From NCBI RefSeq assembly GCF_021028975.2, contig NC_059430.1, positions 72,292,001 to 72,356,000 of the forward strand: a DNA stretch of 64,000 nucleotides, read 5' to 3'. Shown piece after piece: positions 50,311 through 63,389 of this stretch (the stretch's first letter is position 1; every line of letters begins with the position of its first letter). The stretch is from Sphaerodactylus townsendi (taxonomy: Eukaryota). The notes under the pieces are model-generated. The model did no database searches and was not told the origin of the DNA. It saw only the letters and a list, made by a program, of their open reading frames with translations. The position numbers were made by a program, and so were the translations under genes.

Positions 50311-53300
50311 AGCATCCACTCACTGACTCGTGCAGTTTGTTGCTTTAAAAAGAATATACGGTACTTCAGCTTACAGTTTACCTATTATTTTCCTCATATC
50401 TTTCCTTTAAAGAATTCAGGTGCATAGACGTATCATGTGGCATATGAATGTAGGTCATTCTACCCTGGAGTAGAAACTCCAGGGAATTCCCAGCATAGCT
50501 GATAGAAGGGGAAAAGTGGAGGGGGTGGAAATGAGACGAAATTGGCTTGTTGTGTGGACAGAAAGGAGGAATAAGGCTTCCCCATACACACATGGCAATT
50601 CATTCTTTCAAACAGACTAGTTCCAATAATAGTTTGCAATGTAATATATGATCTGTTAAAACTGACAGAAAGTCAAAAATTCAATTTTTGCTTGTGAGTT
50701 GACAGTTCTGTCAGTGTACTGCTGAAAAATAGCAACCCATGAGTGTTTGTCCACCTGAGTTTTGCAACAGCTTTTGTCAAGATGAAATACATTGTTTCCT
50801 CATTCTTAGGGTTCCTGGGAATAGATCAACTAAATAAAGAGATAATGGAAAGGAAGTGAGCAGGAAACAGTTATTTGTGTTGGTGTGGTAATAGTGAGAT
50901 GAAGCAAATTGTCAATTCTGCTGTAGTAATGAACATTTCATCTGAAGTTACTTCTGCTTTTGTCATTTAGTGATTTCTCCCCCTGCCCCAACTTTCTAGA
51001 CATTGTATAAAAACATAATTTTTTGAAAGTAACGTATGTTTAGAAGCTTTACCCCAAAAAGGTAGAGAACTGTACTAATTCTGTTTTCTGGGATCTTATT
51101 TACATTGAATTTAACGTTGACTTGACTCAAATTAGAACGCATGATATTCTATTTCTCCTATGCAGATTCCTTTGAGAGAAGCTTACACATTGTGAAATGT
51201 TTATTTTTAGTCTGTATGGCTTGCACACATAAATATTGGTCTGGGATAAGGAATTTTCCGGTCAATCATAGTTTCATTCTTACTACTTATAATAGTTCAG
51301 TTATAGTCAAGTCTGGTATCCTAAAGGTAGGTGATGCCTGGTTCCATATAAGTAAGGACAATACCTGGCGGCACATTACAGACTTTTCCCCCTGCCATTT
51401 AGATACACTCAGTGTAGATATATATACCACCTCTTGTTTCTTTTAAATGCATCTAATAATCATGAATGGATGATTAATACTTTATAACAAGATCATCCAC
51501 AGGAAAGATAGGGGTCTGCATAGACAAGGTTCCCTATGTACATCGAAAAACATGACATTTTAATTAAATGAAAGGTAAAACATCTAAAGCACCTTCATAA
51601 AACATAAACATTCTCCACAAAGTTTGGAGTATGAAGGGCGGTCGAAGGTGTAGGGATTAGGGTTGTGTAAAAAATTTAGTCTAAGTTCTGAAGTATTCTG
51701 GATGTGGAGATTCTGAGCTGTGGGATGAGATGTCTAATTTTTCTGCCCCTCACCCTCAAATGATTTCTTGCAAGCTTCCAGGCTGCCAATATAATAAAGT
51801 GACTGCCCCTGGTATGGTAGCAAAAGTAGGAAAACCTCATTGCCCACATACAAGGTAATACACCTGGAGGGACTGCTGATATACGCAAAGAAATATGTAA
51901 ATTAACTAAAAATGGACTGAGAAAAGCGTAAATGGACTCAGAAAAGAGTAGATTGTTATAGAAGGAATTGTCAATGAATGGGAATACCTGTGTACTCTAG
52001 AATTTCTATCCAGCATCCATTTTGGCTTCAGCTTTCTAGTGCCGCTTCACCCCAGAGATGGTTCCCCATTGTTCACCACTCACTGCTGCTGTAAATTCCT
52101 CTCAGCAGCAATGGAGTGCTGACGTGCGGGGTTGCCTCAGTATCTTCTCATGTTCACCATTTGCCAGCTTAAAAAAATGGTAGAAACTGACAGTATCGTT
52201 ATAGCTGCTGATTTTTTTAAAACCAGCCAAATGACTGGAGGGAAGAGTGCTTGTCTGGGCAAGGAAGTTTGGAAATCTCTTATCTTCCAGTCTACATGGT
52301 GGGCAATCCAGGTTCCACTTTAATCTTCCTGGAAAGAACACAGCTAAGCAGTTTTGGTGAAGAGGATGTTAAAAATTGAGGATAACCAACATGCAATTAG
52401 GAAACAATGTCTTGTGGACAATTTAAAAAACACACACTCCTGTGTAGAGTCAAAACCAAACTGAAAGCTGTGTATGAAAGCAGCCTTTAGTGCACTGGGA
52501 TTATTTGAACTTGGAAAAACATTTTGAGCAATGCATGAAAAAGACACTTTCAAAATGCAATTTTTGGTGCTGTCCTCTAGCATAAAAGAATGTGTTTCAG
52601 GAATGGCATCATTCTGCTTTGACTGTTGCTTACATAATGAGCAGAAAATGTATAAGATCTGAAACTGCTGTTTCTTCATAAGGTATTGTTTGAAAGCTGC
52701 TGATGTCACTCAGGACAATACACAACTTACTTTAGTTTCTTATTGAACTTGGAGTTCTAATTGTAAGATTCTCTGAAGTCTGTTGTGCTTAGACCAAGTC
52801 TGTCAAGGCTTCCTGCTGACACACGAGTAGATAAGGCAATGAATGCCAGCCAAAAATACAAAGGATTAACTCTCCTTGTAGGGCAGTACTAAATATGCTA
52901 GTTTCAAATATGCTACAGAGCCACAAAGGCTGGGTCGAAACTGTTTGTTTAACACTTGTCTAATAATGCTACAAACTTCGGGATATTTCAGATGATTAAT
53001 TGAATTTGCAAGTAGGGAGAAAAATGCAAATCTTGTTTAGGTGGCTGCATGTGACAACACTTATACCCTCTGGGAAGACTCAAGTTTATTTTCCATCTGT
53101 CTAGACTGATAATTTCCATTTCTAGACTGGCACACTAATGTGCCACAAGGGAACTGCTACTGTTTTAAGAGAAATAGATTTGTGAGCCCAGAGTATGTAC
53201 TCACAAGGGAGGCTGTGAGATGTCCCTCTTAAGTGATTACTCGATCTAGCCTTTTGCTAGAAAAAACAGTTTCAAAATGTAAAATATCTGCTTGCTTTAG

Positions 53301-53524
53301 TTACAAGCTGTAGAAAAGACCTTTTCCCCACCCCCAAGGATTTGTTCCTCATTAAATATGGCGGAGGGAAAAGGACTGCAGTCTGTGTGTTGGTATTCCA
53401 TCTCAGTGATTATCTGGTGGAAATGCAGGTGTTATTAGCTGATGACAATTAATAAGAAAATCGAATTATACCCTTGCTAAAACCATGTATTGGGAAATAA
53501 TTTGCTGTAGATTTGTCAGAAAGT

Positions 53525-53742
53525 TTTGTTTATCCATTTACACCCACCTTTTCCCCTGGTGGGATTTCCATAGGGCTTATATAATTCTCCTCTTCTCCAT
53601 TTCATCCTCACAACAATCCTGTGTGGTAGGTTAGGCTGAAACCCTGTGACTGGTTCAAGGTTGCCCAGCTAATTTCTATGGCAGAATGTGGGTTTGAACA
53701 TGGGCCTCTCAGATCCTACCTAGTCTGACCCACTATACCTCT
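53525..53742 (-). mobile_element. Older Ther1/Squam3-like SINE
   Basis: atcctcacaacaatcctgtgtggtaggttaggctga...gtgactggttcaaggttgcccag core. Confidence 0.65.
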
Positions 53743-54125
53743 ATCCCTAAACCATAAAGTTACTTCCAAATTCCAAGTCTTCTTAATCTGTAGCAGCAAA
53801 GTACTGGAATAAATTTTGCTAAATCTATTTCATAAGAAAGTAATGTTTCTGAATGGGAGTGGATACATCTTGTCGGTATTTTGCATGCATATTAATTCAT
53901 ATGCCTGAATACTAATATGTTGTACAATGTATAGCCTGTTTCCTACGCTGCAGCTTCTCAGATATATTTTTTAACTCTTTGTTTGGGTCTACTATGTTTT
54001 TTATAGCAATACATAGGCTATTGTAAGTATATAGCTCATAGAGAGACTAGGAAAATGATCCTTTATATTAAGAATACACTGGTATTCCCAGCATCGTCAG
54101 TTGTCTGTGCCCCCTCTGTTTAGGG

Positions 54126-54539
54126 CAGGGGTAGGGAACCTTTAACACGCAAAGAGCCATTTGGACCCGTTTTCCATGGGAAAAGAAAACACTTGGAGCC
54201 ACAAATAATTTTTGACATTTAAAATAAAGATAACACTATATATATAGGGTTTTTTTTAACCTTTTACTCCACTCATTCTGAGAAGTGCATGGATGCGCAG
54301 GCAAGGATGAAGCCGGCGGCTCGGCCTTGCCGGCCGCCGGGAAAGTGCCCGCCCCGCTCCAACGGGGCGGGCGAGAGGGGAAGCCTGCTTTGCGGCCCAG
54401 CCAACCGTGGGCAGTTGGTGTGCCTGCCCTGCTGCCTGCAGGGCGGGCAAGGATGGGGCCGGCAGCTCGGCTCGTGGAGCCACAGGGCAAGGGCAGAAGA
54501 GCCGCATGCGGCTCTCGAGCCGCAGGTTCCCTACCCCTG
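54126..54539. mobile_element. Young hAT (Charlie-type) MITE upstream of the ST7 promoter
   Basis: Perfect 16-bp TIRs caggggtagggaacct / aggttccctacccctg; perfect TSD GTTTAGGG at 54118-54125 and 54540-54547. Confidence 0.92.
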
Positions 54540-54789
54540 GTTTAGGGTTTACTGTGCAACTCCAGACCCTTGGAGGGTTTTGTGGTTGCTGCTCCTAGAA
54601 GAGGTCAGAAAGCTTTCCAGTCCAGTCTCCTGGCTTTTCAGCAAAGCTGAACACTTTGTGGGAAAGTTCTGAGTCTGGTCAAATCGTGTTGTTTTTTTTA
54701 ATGGTTTCTGTTAATACAGTATTCTTGTATTGGCTGTTTGTGGATTTAATGCAACAGACACTGTATAGCTCTTTCTTGCATTTTGTGGG

Positions 54790-55560
54790 TTGATCGTTAC
54801 CCACTTTGGGGTCAATCCACCGTTGGGGGCTGGAGTTTACGCCCCGGCAGCTGAGCTGGGGAGGAGCGCGAGTGTCCAACGGTGCAGGGCAGGCAGACCC
54901 TCGCCTGCTGCGTTTTGTTTCCTCGTCGCGCAGCGGCTTAAATAGGTGACTGCCTGGAAATCCTGAGAAGGGGCGGAGGTGGACACGTTACTTTGGGAGC
55001 CATGAATCATCCCCGCAGCTACCCAGGGCGAGCTTGCGGCAGCAGAGCCCACGACTGGTTTGAGAAAGCCGGTGGGGCTGTTGCACCCTCCCCCCTCCTC
55101 CCGTCCTTCCTTCTTTCTCTCCCCCCCCCCCCTCCAAAAACATGGCTGAAGTTGGGGCCGGCTTTCTGGAGCAGCTCAAATCCTGCATTGTCTGGTCGTG
55201 GACTTCTCTGTGGACCCTCTGGTTCTTCGCCGTGCTTTTCTTGGTCTACATCCTGAAAGTCCCTTTGAAGATCAGTGATCATCTGACCGCAGGTAACTGA
55301 GCGCGAGCCGGCGCGCGACTCTTACTCCAACTTTACTCGGGGGGCGCAGGGGGGGGGGGCAACTTGCTGCGGGGAAGGGCAAGAGAAAGGGCAGCTGTCG
55401 TCTGCAAAGCGGGTGATGGTTTTGAGGCAAAAAGGGCTCCTGCTGGAAACTTTCTGTCCCATCTCCCCCCACCCCCACCCCCCTTACGAGGCTGTGCTAC
55501 TTTGCGATCAGCTGCTGATACCTTTCTCTTCCCACACCAGAGAAGAAGTCGAGTTTGGAG
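54790..55560 (+). promoter_or_regulatory. ST7: ST7 CpG-island promoter and 5' region
   Basis: CpG-rich; TATA-like TTAAATAG at 54938-54945; GC box GGGGCGGAGG at about 54970-54979. Confidence 0.75.
55142..55292 (+). CDS. ST7: ST7 (suppressor of tumorigenicity 7) coding exon 1
   Basis: aacATGG; MAEVGAGFLEQLKSCIVWSWTSLWTLWFFAVLFLVYILKVPLKISDHLTA|gtaact; matches the recalled ST7 N-terminus with a TM segment; expected synteny after CAPZA2; later exons not seen in the window. Confidence 0.93.
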
Positions 55561-56429
55561 TGCAGGTTATGATCGTGGTATGACGGGGGTGGGGGAAACC
55601 TGCACTTTCCCATTGATTCTTGTAGCCAGCTGGTTCCCAGACGCGACATATTCAGAGCCATAACCCGTCCCCCATCGCCCGGTTTCTCCTTGTAATAAAT
55701 AGTGGCTTTATTACCCCCTCGCTCTGGAGGAGTGGGGCCCTCACACAGCATGCTGGAGGGGACCAATATTTGGCAAGGCAACTGATCCGTTTTCTTCCTG
55801 CCTTGTATTTACAAGAATATAATAAAAGGAAATCCCAGGGATGTTTTCTGCTCTCTCCCCCTCCTAATAATTTAAATCAATGTATGCACATATTTCACCC
55901 TGCCTTTTTTCCCTGCTGGCAACTTAAAGGGTCTTCCAAAGCCACAGAAAAATATAATTTAGACAAGCAGTAACAAAAAGGAGCAAGAATGTCAACCCAT
56001 GTAGAGAAGTCTGGATTTGGTTATCACTGGCAGCTGCCTGACTACATTTTGGTTCACAAGCAGAGCCTCAACATTTTGTTTCAGCTACAGTCTCTCATAT
56101 TCAGAATGATATTGCTACTTCTGTACATGGAGGTTCTATTTCATTATCATGACTAAAGACTTTTAATAAGACTTACACCTTGTGAAATCTGACTAATTCT
56201 TTCTTTAAAGGACATCTATGTCCTGAACAACTAATGCACTTCATAAATGAAGAAGTCCATGTGTGTGTGTAGAGGGGTGGGGGGGTGTTTGCTGGATTTA
56301 ATACAAATATGATGAAAATATTTCTGTACACTATTTCTCTTCATTGTTCTCTCTCCTTTAATTACATTGTTCCATAACATCCTTTTCAAAAATAAACTGC
56401 CTTTTGTAGAGGAGATGCTGTAGCATATT

Positions 56430-56660
56430 TACTTAAATATATGTATTCAGCGTATTTTAATCCAGCCTTGCCTTCAAGAAGCTTAGGGCAGTGTATATCA
56501 TTCTCCCGTCTTCCATGTTAACCTTATAACAGCCTTGTGAGGTACAATAAGCTAAAACCACAGTCATTCAATAAGTGTTATGGTACAGCAGGGGTTGAAT
56601 CTGGGTGTCCCAAATTCTAGTTCAACACCCTAATCCAGAGTTATCAAACATGCAGTCCCT
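56430..56660 (-). mobile_element. Old Ther1/Squam3-like SINE
   Basis: taacagccttgtgaggta...gcaggggttgaatctggg core and head remnants. Confidence 0.45.
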
Positions 56661-56988
56661 TAAGAGGGCTTATTATTATCCAGTCTGTGAGCCAGCTGAA
56701 GCAATCACCACTACCCTCCTCTTTATTTGGCCTGTACATCTGGAGGCTCCTTGTCAGCAGTCAATCAATAACCTGGCACAGCTGCTGTAGGTTTGCCAAC
56801 TGTGGCAGTCACCCACCTCCCTCCAAGCCAACCACCTTCAGGCAGCCCCTCCCCGCACTCTCAGTCTGACCTGGTGAGCCACACCTTCTCCAGTGTTGAT
56901 CTGGACTGGCGAGCCTACTGTGGGCTTGCCACCTGAGACAGGCACCCACTCCAGGGGATCTCGCGATCCTAGTTTACAGACGCACATA

Positions 56989-57125
56989 TCAGCATGGCCA
57001 GTTTGGCGGAATTTGGTAACAAGGAAGTTGACAGAACATATGCAGCTGATAGAAGGCGCTTCTGGCTAGTGTGGTATTCATGTCAACCTGCTTTTCAAAC
57101 AGTGAGGTAGGGTCCATCAGGCTCT
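56989..57125 (-). mobile_element. L2 LINE ORF2 fragment
   Basis: LFEKQV..LARSAFYQLHMFCQL resembles the L2 QV..VARSAFYQLR motif. Confidence 0.55.
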
Positions 57126-60100
57126 TAATCTGCTTTGAAAAAGCCAAGATCATTCTATCTAGGACAGGTGTATACAGCCCCTGTAGAATATTAGCTTTTC
57201 CAACTGGCATTATCTCTGTTTTGTCTGGACCACAGCCTCAAAGGACCAATACGATTTCATTTAAAATATTTGTAAGGTATTGCAGATGTGGTTCTCAGAA
57301 GAAGGTGGGGACTTCCATGGGGCACGCACAGCTCATCACACATACTTTGGAAAGGAGCTGTCCAGCATCAGGCAGGTGCCAGTAAGGAGGGAGGAGAGGG
57401 CTTGGTGGCCCCAGGATTGTTCTTTGTTATGTTTGATAACTTTAGATGCAATAATATGCATCTATGAGTATTAAAAATATTCAAATATCTTGCATGTATA
57501 GTTGATAGTTATTTTTGGTTGTTACCTTTGTATCTATCATTAGGTACAGATACACATGAGGTAATTTCAGTAGCTGAATATCAACTTTACCAAAATTAAT
57601 CAATATTGGGAATATTTCATGCTGATTTATATGTTCTTTTCGGGTGTAATTTTTAAATGAACTTTCCACTCTTTCTCTAAAGCAAGCCTGGCGGTTTCAT
57701 ACTGGGGAAAGAATGAAATTGAAGATTAAGACAAGACAGTGGGCTAGGGGAGAGATAAGTTAATTTATGGAGATGAACATCATCCTCGAGCCACAATATA
57801 GGAGGAATTTTCTTGTGAAGTCTCCAAGTTTGAAGCTGTATGCAGGAAAATGAATTTGTCTGTTCTTTCCTCATATGGTTCCCTGTAAATGATCAGCTGA
57901 AGATGTGTTTGGGTATTGAAGGAGAATACGTTGGCAAATTCCGGGGTTTACCTCACTCTCTGTCCATCATCTTCACGCATGCCCATTTACCTAAAAGAGA
58001 GTTCTTGCTTCATTACCAGCTTTTACTCCAGCTTGCTTGTAAAATCCCCAGGGTTTAGAAGACGATGAATTCTCTTGTCTCTGTGTATGTACAGTCTGTA
58101 TTTCCTTGCAGAATAACAGGAGAAAGGTTTCTGGTAGAGAGGGGCTGCAGTCTAAGCATGCTTACTAGGGAGTGAGTTCCACTCAACTCAGAATATTTCT
58201 GAAAATATGTACTTAGGATTGTACTGCACATCTGTCTGTCAAAGAAGCAAGGTGAAGTGATGGTAGTAGCATATGCTGAATCAGAGGATCACTCTCAGTT
58301 CTATTTTTATAGGTTGTTGGCAGGGAACTGATACTAACATAGCTTCTCTCACTCTCCCCACCCCAAACACATAACTTTATAACTTTGGCAATGGCAGTCA
58401 GTCATTCTGATGTACTATCTTCTATAACAATCCAGGAAGCAAGGAATAAAATTTATTTTGTATTCTGATATATACTGAAAACTGAGCATCCCATTTAGGG
58501 AATATGCAGAGTGAGGCAATAGCATGGTTATTTTTAGCAGTTATTTGCTTTAAACACACACACAACTAGTGGTAGAGAGGCTTCGGTGGGGCTACATACT
58601 GAAGTTTTGGAAAGAGCTCCAGTTTTGGAAAGAGCTATATGGAGAGGAGGAAATACATGGAGAGGAGGAAATACAGACAGAAGGTAGTGTTTCCTTGAAC
58701 TACCAATTCTAGTCACCCTCCACTGCAGAAAGAAATGTGGCATGCTCCGTATGAGCCAGTACATGTTCTTGGAAACTCTGCAGAAAGGTATTCACATCTC
58801 CACCTGCAAGATATACCATTTTAATGGACAGGAAGCAGGGAAAGATTGACTTGTGTGGACCCCAGGAAAAGAACTGGTGGGTCAGAGATCCAGGAGTGCC
58901 TCTCTGTGGGGGCAAGATTATTTAACAGAATTAATAATCCCTCTCTCAGCCTTCACAAGAGTACCCAAGGTGGCTAACAAATTAAACATGTATAACTAAA
59001 TCACATTTTAAAACTAATAAATCCAGATTCCAGTTGGCCTGACTGATTTGTGCAGCTGCTGCTAACTGGCTTGCATTGCCCAGTTCTGTTGCCAGGTATG
59101 GCGTGGATAGTTTGCAGAGGCATTGCCAGGCTGGGGGAACTCACACAGTGGTTATGATGGTGTCAGTGTCAGTTGCTGCCCTACTCAGTTATTGAGGTGA
59201 ACAAGTCATAATGACAGACTGTTCTGTAAACTCTAGATGGGGGAGGGGGGTAATCAGTGTTTTCTTTAATTAAATCTAATCTGAATTATGAAAAATGTCC
59301 CAAGATAATCTCGTTCTCAAGCATCATAATTTGGAAGAAACATAGGCTCACTAGGGAAAGCTGGGGAAGTAAAGTTACCTATTAAATGAAACATTTTAAA
59401 GAAATGTAAAGCAAATCTTATAATGGTCTTTGCCTGGGTCTTTTAGTGGATGTGTAAGCTACTCTGAAGCAACCACTCATAGCTCATGAACAACCTGTTA
59501 GGGACCCCTTCTCTAGATTACCTTTTGTCAAATGTTTGGCACACACATTTGATCTCCTGAACGGTCCACACTGACATCAGAATTTTATTAGGATTTTGGC
59601 ACACTACTGCAGATGCCTCCTAATCCCAATTTTAATAGCAGGAGTTTGTAGCTTATACAAACAAAAGCAAGGACATTTGCAGTCAATGACAATGTCGTGC
59701 TTTCACCAGAAAGAGCAAAGAAGCTCCTACTGTTGTGCCTGAGGAAAAGATGTAACATTCAAAGTCTGAATCAAAACTGGCCAGCTGCTAAAACAGGTCA
59801 CAGATTTATTATTGCTTAATCTTAACTTCTTAAATATTTAAGTGCACTTAAATATAGTAATTAGCAGGCCTGGTGAAAGGAAAAATTAAACTGTTTAGAG
59901 CTACCATCAGCAATTGGTTTAGGTAAACTTTCTAAATTTCTGCTTGGCACTGGAATAGCCTCTGGGTTCTTTTGCTTTTCACTTTTCAAATAGGGTCGTT
60001 CCTTTCTAAATATACTTGTTTGATAGTTCTTCTTTTGCCTTTGTTAATATAATTGATAATCAATATAAATTGTCTAAATTTGTATTACTTCCAGTACTGA

Positions 60101-60500
60101 ATGTTTTTATTGTACATGTTGATCTGAAATCCTTTCTGACTGGTTTGCATACTAGTGTTTTCCTGATGAAATAAAACTGTCCCACATTTCTATCATAATT
60201 TTATGCAACAATCTTGAGTTTAATGGGATAATTATATTCTTATCTTTCCCATTGTGCCTGAAACAGTCTTTCCACAACCACACATTTTTATTATAATTCT
60301 CCCCACTTTCATCTTAGCCTAGTTGCTTTGGGCTTCCAGTACCCATATCTGTTGGTGCCACTGTTCTGTTCAAGTTATGCCCTTTAGGCAAGGCCTAAAC
60401 TTTTAAAAAAAAACAATGCTGAGCATATTATACCACCAAGTGTAAATATAATGATGATAATAGGAGTATTGCTCAATTTAGTGCATAAGTGCACACTCAC

Positions 60501-60660
60501 TAATGTTGCCAACCTCCAGGTAGTGCCTGGTGATCTCTCACTATTATAATAAATTTCCAAACAATAGATATTAGTTCCTCTGGAGAAAGTGTACTCTATG
60601 TTATTATACCACACTGAAGTAGTCCCTCTCCTCCCTAAACCTTGCTTTCCCCAGACCACA
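60501..60660. mobile_element. Truncated hAT MITE (TAGGGTTGCCA family)
   Basis: taatgttgccaacctccagg...; homologous to 62132-62345. Confidence 0.55.
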
Positions 60661-61061
60661 AGTGCACTCAAGGCCACAAGTAGACATGCTTCTTCATATG
60701 ATAGGCTTGGCCTTTCCTGAAGAGCCTGATTTTACACCTTGGTGGAGGTGGGGGAGGACAAGAATTGAGGGCCTGTTCATGCACATTTTGTGTCATCAAA
60801 TTGCTTCTGACACCTACCCGTATCCAGAAAATTTTCTTTGGAGGGACAAATGAGCGCAGTGGTAATCAGCCCATCATTATTGGTTTTCTTTATTATTTAT
60901 TTGGGATTTATTATTTAATTTACCAATTTTGTACTTGAGACTCAAGGTGTATACATGGTAGAAAGCTACATAATTGAACACTAAGTGAGATCCCATAAGC
61001 AATGCAATAGGTATAGGATGACAAAAATTAGAAAATTGCAAAAACATTTCAGATGCCCTAT

Positions 61062-61325
61062 GGCCCTTTCCACACAGGCCAATAACAGCGCCCTAGGGAC
61101 GGCAAAAACGGCATCCCTAGGGAACTGTTCGCATGGGGGAAACGCCCTTGCTCCCCCTCAGCGGCACGAAGCCACTGTTTCCCAACCTCGCTCCCCGAGC
61201 GAGGTTTTTGGGAAACAGCGGCTTCCAACTGCTGCCGTGTGAACGGCAGGGGCTGGAAGGCGCCATTCCCCCCCTTTCCCAAACGCCTTACCGTATCCTC
61301 CAACCTCCGGCGCGTCACACAGGTG
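61062..61325. mobile_element. Truncated Harbinger-like MITE
   Basis: Starts ggccctttccacac (same TIR class as 3554 and 61408); CpG-rich with internal hairpins; right TIR absent. Confidence 0.55.
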
Positions 61326-61407
61326 ATCTGCAAGATTAATCCTAATTTTATAAATTAACCATAGCTAAAATCATGATGTATATATTCTGCATAAAACAAG
61401 TCTCTCT

Positions 61408-61958
61408 GGCCGTTTCCGCACGGTGGCGAACGCCGGTCGGCGTGTACTGACTAATCGTAACCCGATTGCGACGCTGGGACACGTCCGCGATGGAGCGGTT
61501 CTGGGAAGGCTAAGCCGGGCAGCCCGGGCGCCACAGAAACGCTGGCGCTCGCCGACTGGCCAATAAGGCCCTGGAGCCTTCGGCGCTGTTAAGCTGAGGC
61601 CTGGGGACACGCCCCCTGGCCCTGCGCGCCTGCTCCAGCGGCGCGCCAGGGTAGGGAAGCGTGTCCCCAGGCCTCGGCGTTATACCGGAGTCCCGGGGCT
61701 AACATTAGGTGCGCCGGTGGGGAAGGCGGCGTGAAGCCGCTTGCCGCTTGCTTCGGCAGCGGCTTCACGGCATGGGCGATTCAAAAGAGCGCTGGGAAGC
61801 ACTCTGGGGAAACGCCGGCTTCCAGGTCGTCCGGGCAGCTATAAAGGCGGTAGCGGCTCGCATTGCAGCTCGCCCCCCGATGCAGAATGTATGCGGCCCG
61901 TGGAGATATGCGTTTTACCGTCTCCAGGCCGCCATGAATTGCCCATGCGAAAACGGCC
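61408..61958. mobile_element. PIF/Harbinger-like CpG-rich MITE
   Basis: TIRs ggccgtttccgca / tgcgaaaacggcc; TCT TSD at 61405-61407 and 61959-61961. Confidence 0.85.
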
Positions 61959-62131
61959 TCTGTGTGTGAGAAAGAGGGAGGTGGGGTGAGAGAGATGAAA
62001 CAGTTGTTGAAAGAAATAAAATTCCCCAGAGGCTTTTAAGGAACTAGTAAAGCATAGAGAGAGCCACAAGAATTAAGAGTGCCTCTGACTGACAACAGAC
62101 TACAGACTGACTACACGTGTGGGCTTTATTT

Positions 62132-62345
62132 TTGGGTTGCCAAAATCTAGGTAGGCCTTGTTCTTCTGGATTTATAACTGATCTCCAAAGTACAGAAATC
62201 TTTTCCCTGGAAGAAAATTGTAGCTTCGGAGGGTGTACTTTGTGACAGTACATCACTACTGAACTCCCTCTCCTCCATGAACTCTGTCCTCCCCAGCCTT
62301 GCTCCCAAATCTCCAGGAATTTTCACCCCAGAACTGGCAACCCTA
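62132..62345. mobile_element. hAT MITE (TAGGGTTGCCA TIR)
   Basis: ttgggttgcca ... tggcaacccta. Confidence 0.7.
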
Positions 62346-62407
62346 TCTTTAGTTCCTGATACTTTTAACAAATGGCACACCTAATTTCCATGATCTGGTC
62401 TCAAAGA

Positions 62408-62625
62408 GCCCTGACTTGGATGGCCCAAGCTAGCCTAATCTCATCAGACTTCAGAACCTAAGCAGGGTCATCCCTGGTTAGTATTTGGATAGGAGACCAC
62501 CAAAGAATACCAGGGTCACTATGCAGATGAAAGCAATGGCAAACCACCTCTGCTAATCTCTTGCCTGAAAACCCTAGTGGGTCAACATGTCAGCAGCAAC
62601 TTAATTGCACTTTACACACGCACAC
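62408..62625 (+). mobile_element. 5S rRNA-derived SINE with RTE/Sauria-type tail
   Basis: 5S-like atctcatcagacttcagaacctaagcagggtcatccctggttagtatttggataggagacc, then gcaatggcaaaccacctctg...tcttgcctgaaaaccc and a (CA)n tail. Confidence 0.75.
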
Positions 62626-63293
62626 AGTTTTGGAGAAAGGTGGGTTAAAATATGCTGATTGAAAATGTAAATTTAGTTAACTTCTAGTATTTATTTACAT
62701 TATTTATAATTCACCATTCTCACTTGGACTCAAAGCAGATAACAGTGAATCAATGCAATTGATGGATGGGACATTCATCAGTTTTTCCATTGTTCTCAGA
62801 AAAAGTTTTGACTTATTGGTTAATGAACAAGTTTGATAAGGAGAAAAGGATAAGGAATTTCATTGTGATGACAGAATCTTTTGGCAGAAAATGAACATGC
62901 TTTATTTACAGCTAACACTAGAGGTCAGCCATTAAACATTATGAATAATATAAAATTCAAATTCATTTATCCCCTAGAGATGAGAATCTGTAGTTGACAA
63001 TGAGGATTCTTGGAAATGTAGTATAATCATTTTTAGGCATTTTATTTATGAAGATCAAGCAACAGAAACAGACTTTTTGTGTTTTATTTTTCTTTATTAC
63101 ATTGATCCCCAAAGAAACTGAGGAGAAAACGTCTTCTTTGTGGGAGAAACAAAACACACTTTGTATCTTGTTATTTAAAATTAATTAATTGGGCTTCAAA
63201 GAAAAGTTTAGCATAGGATTCCTATTAAACTAATCTCCTACAATTGAAAATGAGTTTTAAAATAATAAACAAACAAACAATAAATAAATAAAT

Positions 63294-63389
63294 GATCCTC
63301 TGAAGATGCCAGCCACAGATGCAGGCGAAACGTCAGGAGAGAATGCTGCTAGAACACGGCCATACAGCCCGGAAACCACACAGCACCCA
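63294..63389 (+). mobile_element. Penelope-like terminal-repeat fragment flanked by a 15-nt direct repeat
   Basis: Insert gatcctctgaaga...cagcaccca between identical AATAAATAAATAAAT copies at 63279-63293 and 63390-63404. Confidence 0.8.
63296..63338 (+). ncRNA. Minimal type I hammerhead ribozyme motif
   Basis: Stem I TCCT/AGGA; core CTGAAGA at 63300-63306; stem II GCCAGC/GCAGGC; GAAA at 63327-63330; palindromic ACGT stem III; GTC cleavage triplet ending at 63334. Confidence 0.7.

Noticed and set aside
58601-58675. Two adjacent short tandem duplications (agttttggaaagagct x2; atggagaggaggaaatac x2)
   Set aside because: Ordinary slippage duplications in intron; no further structure.
62430-62515. 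Functional 5S rRNA gene
   Set aside because: Diverged, incomplete and fused to a SINE tail.
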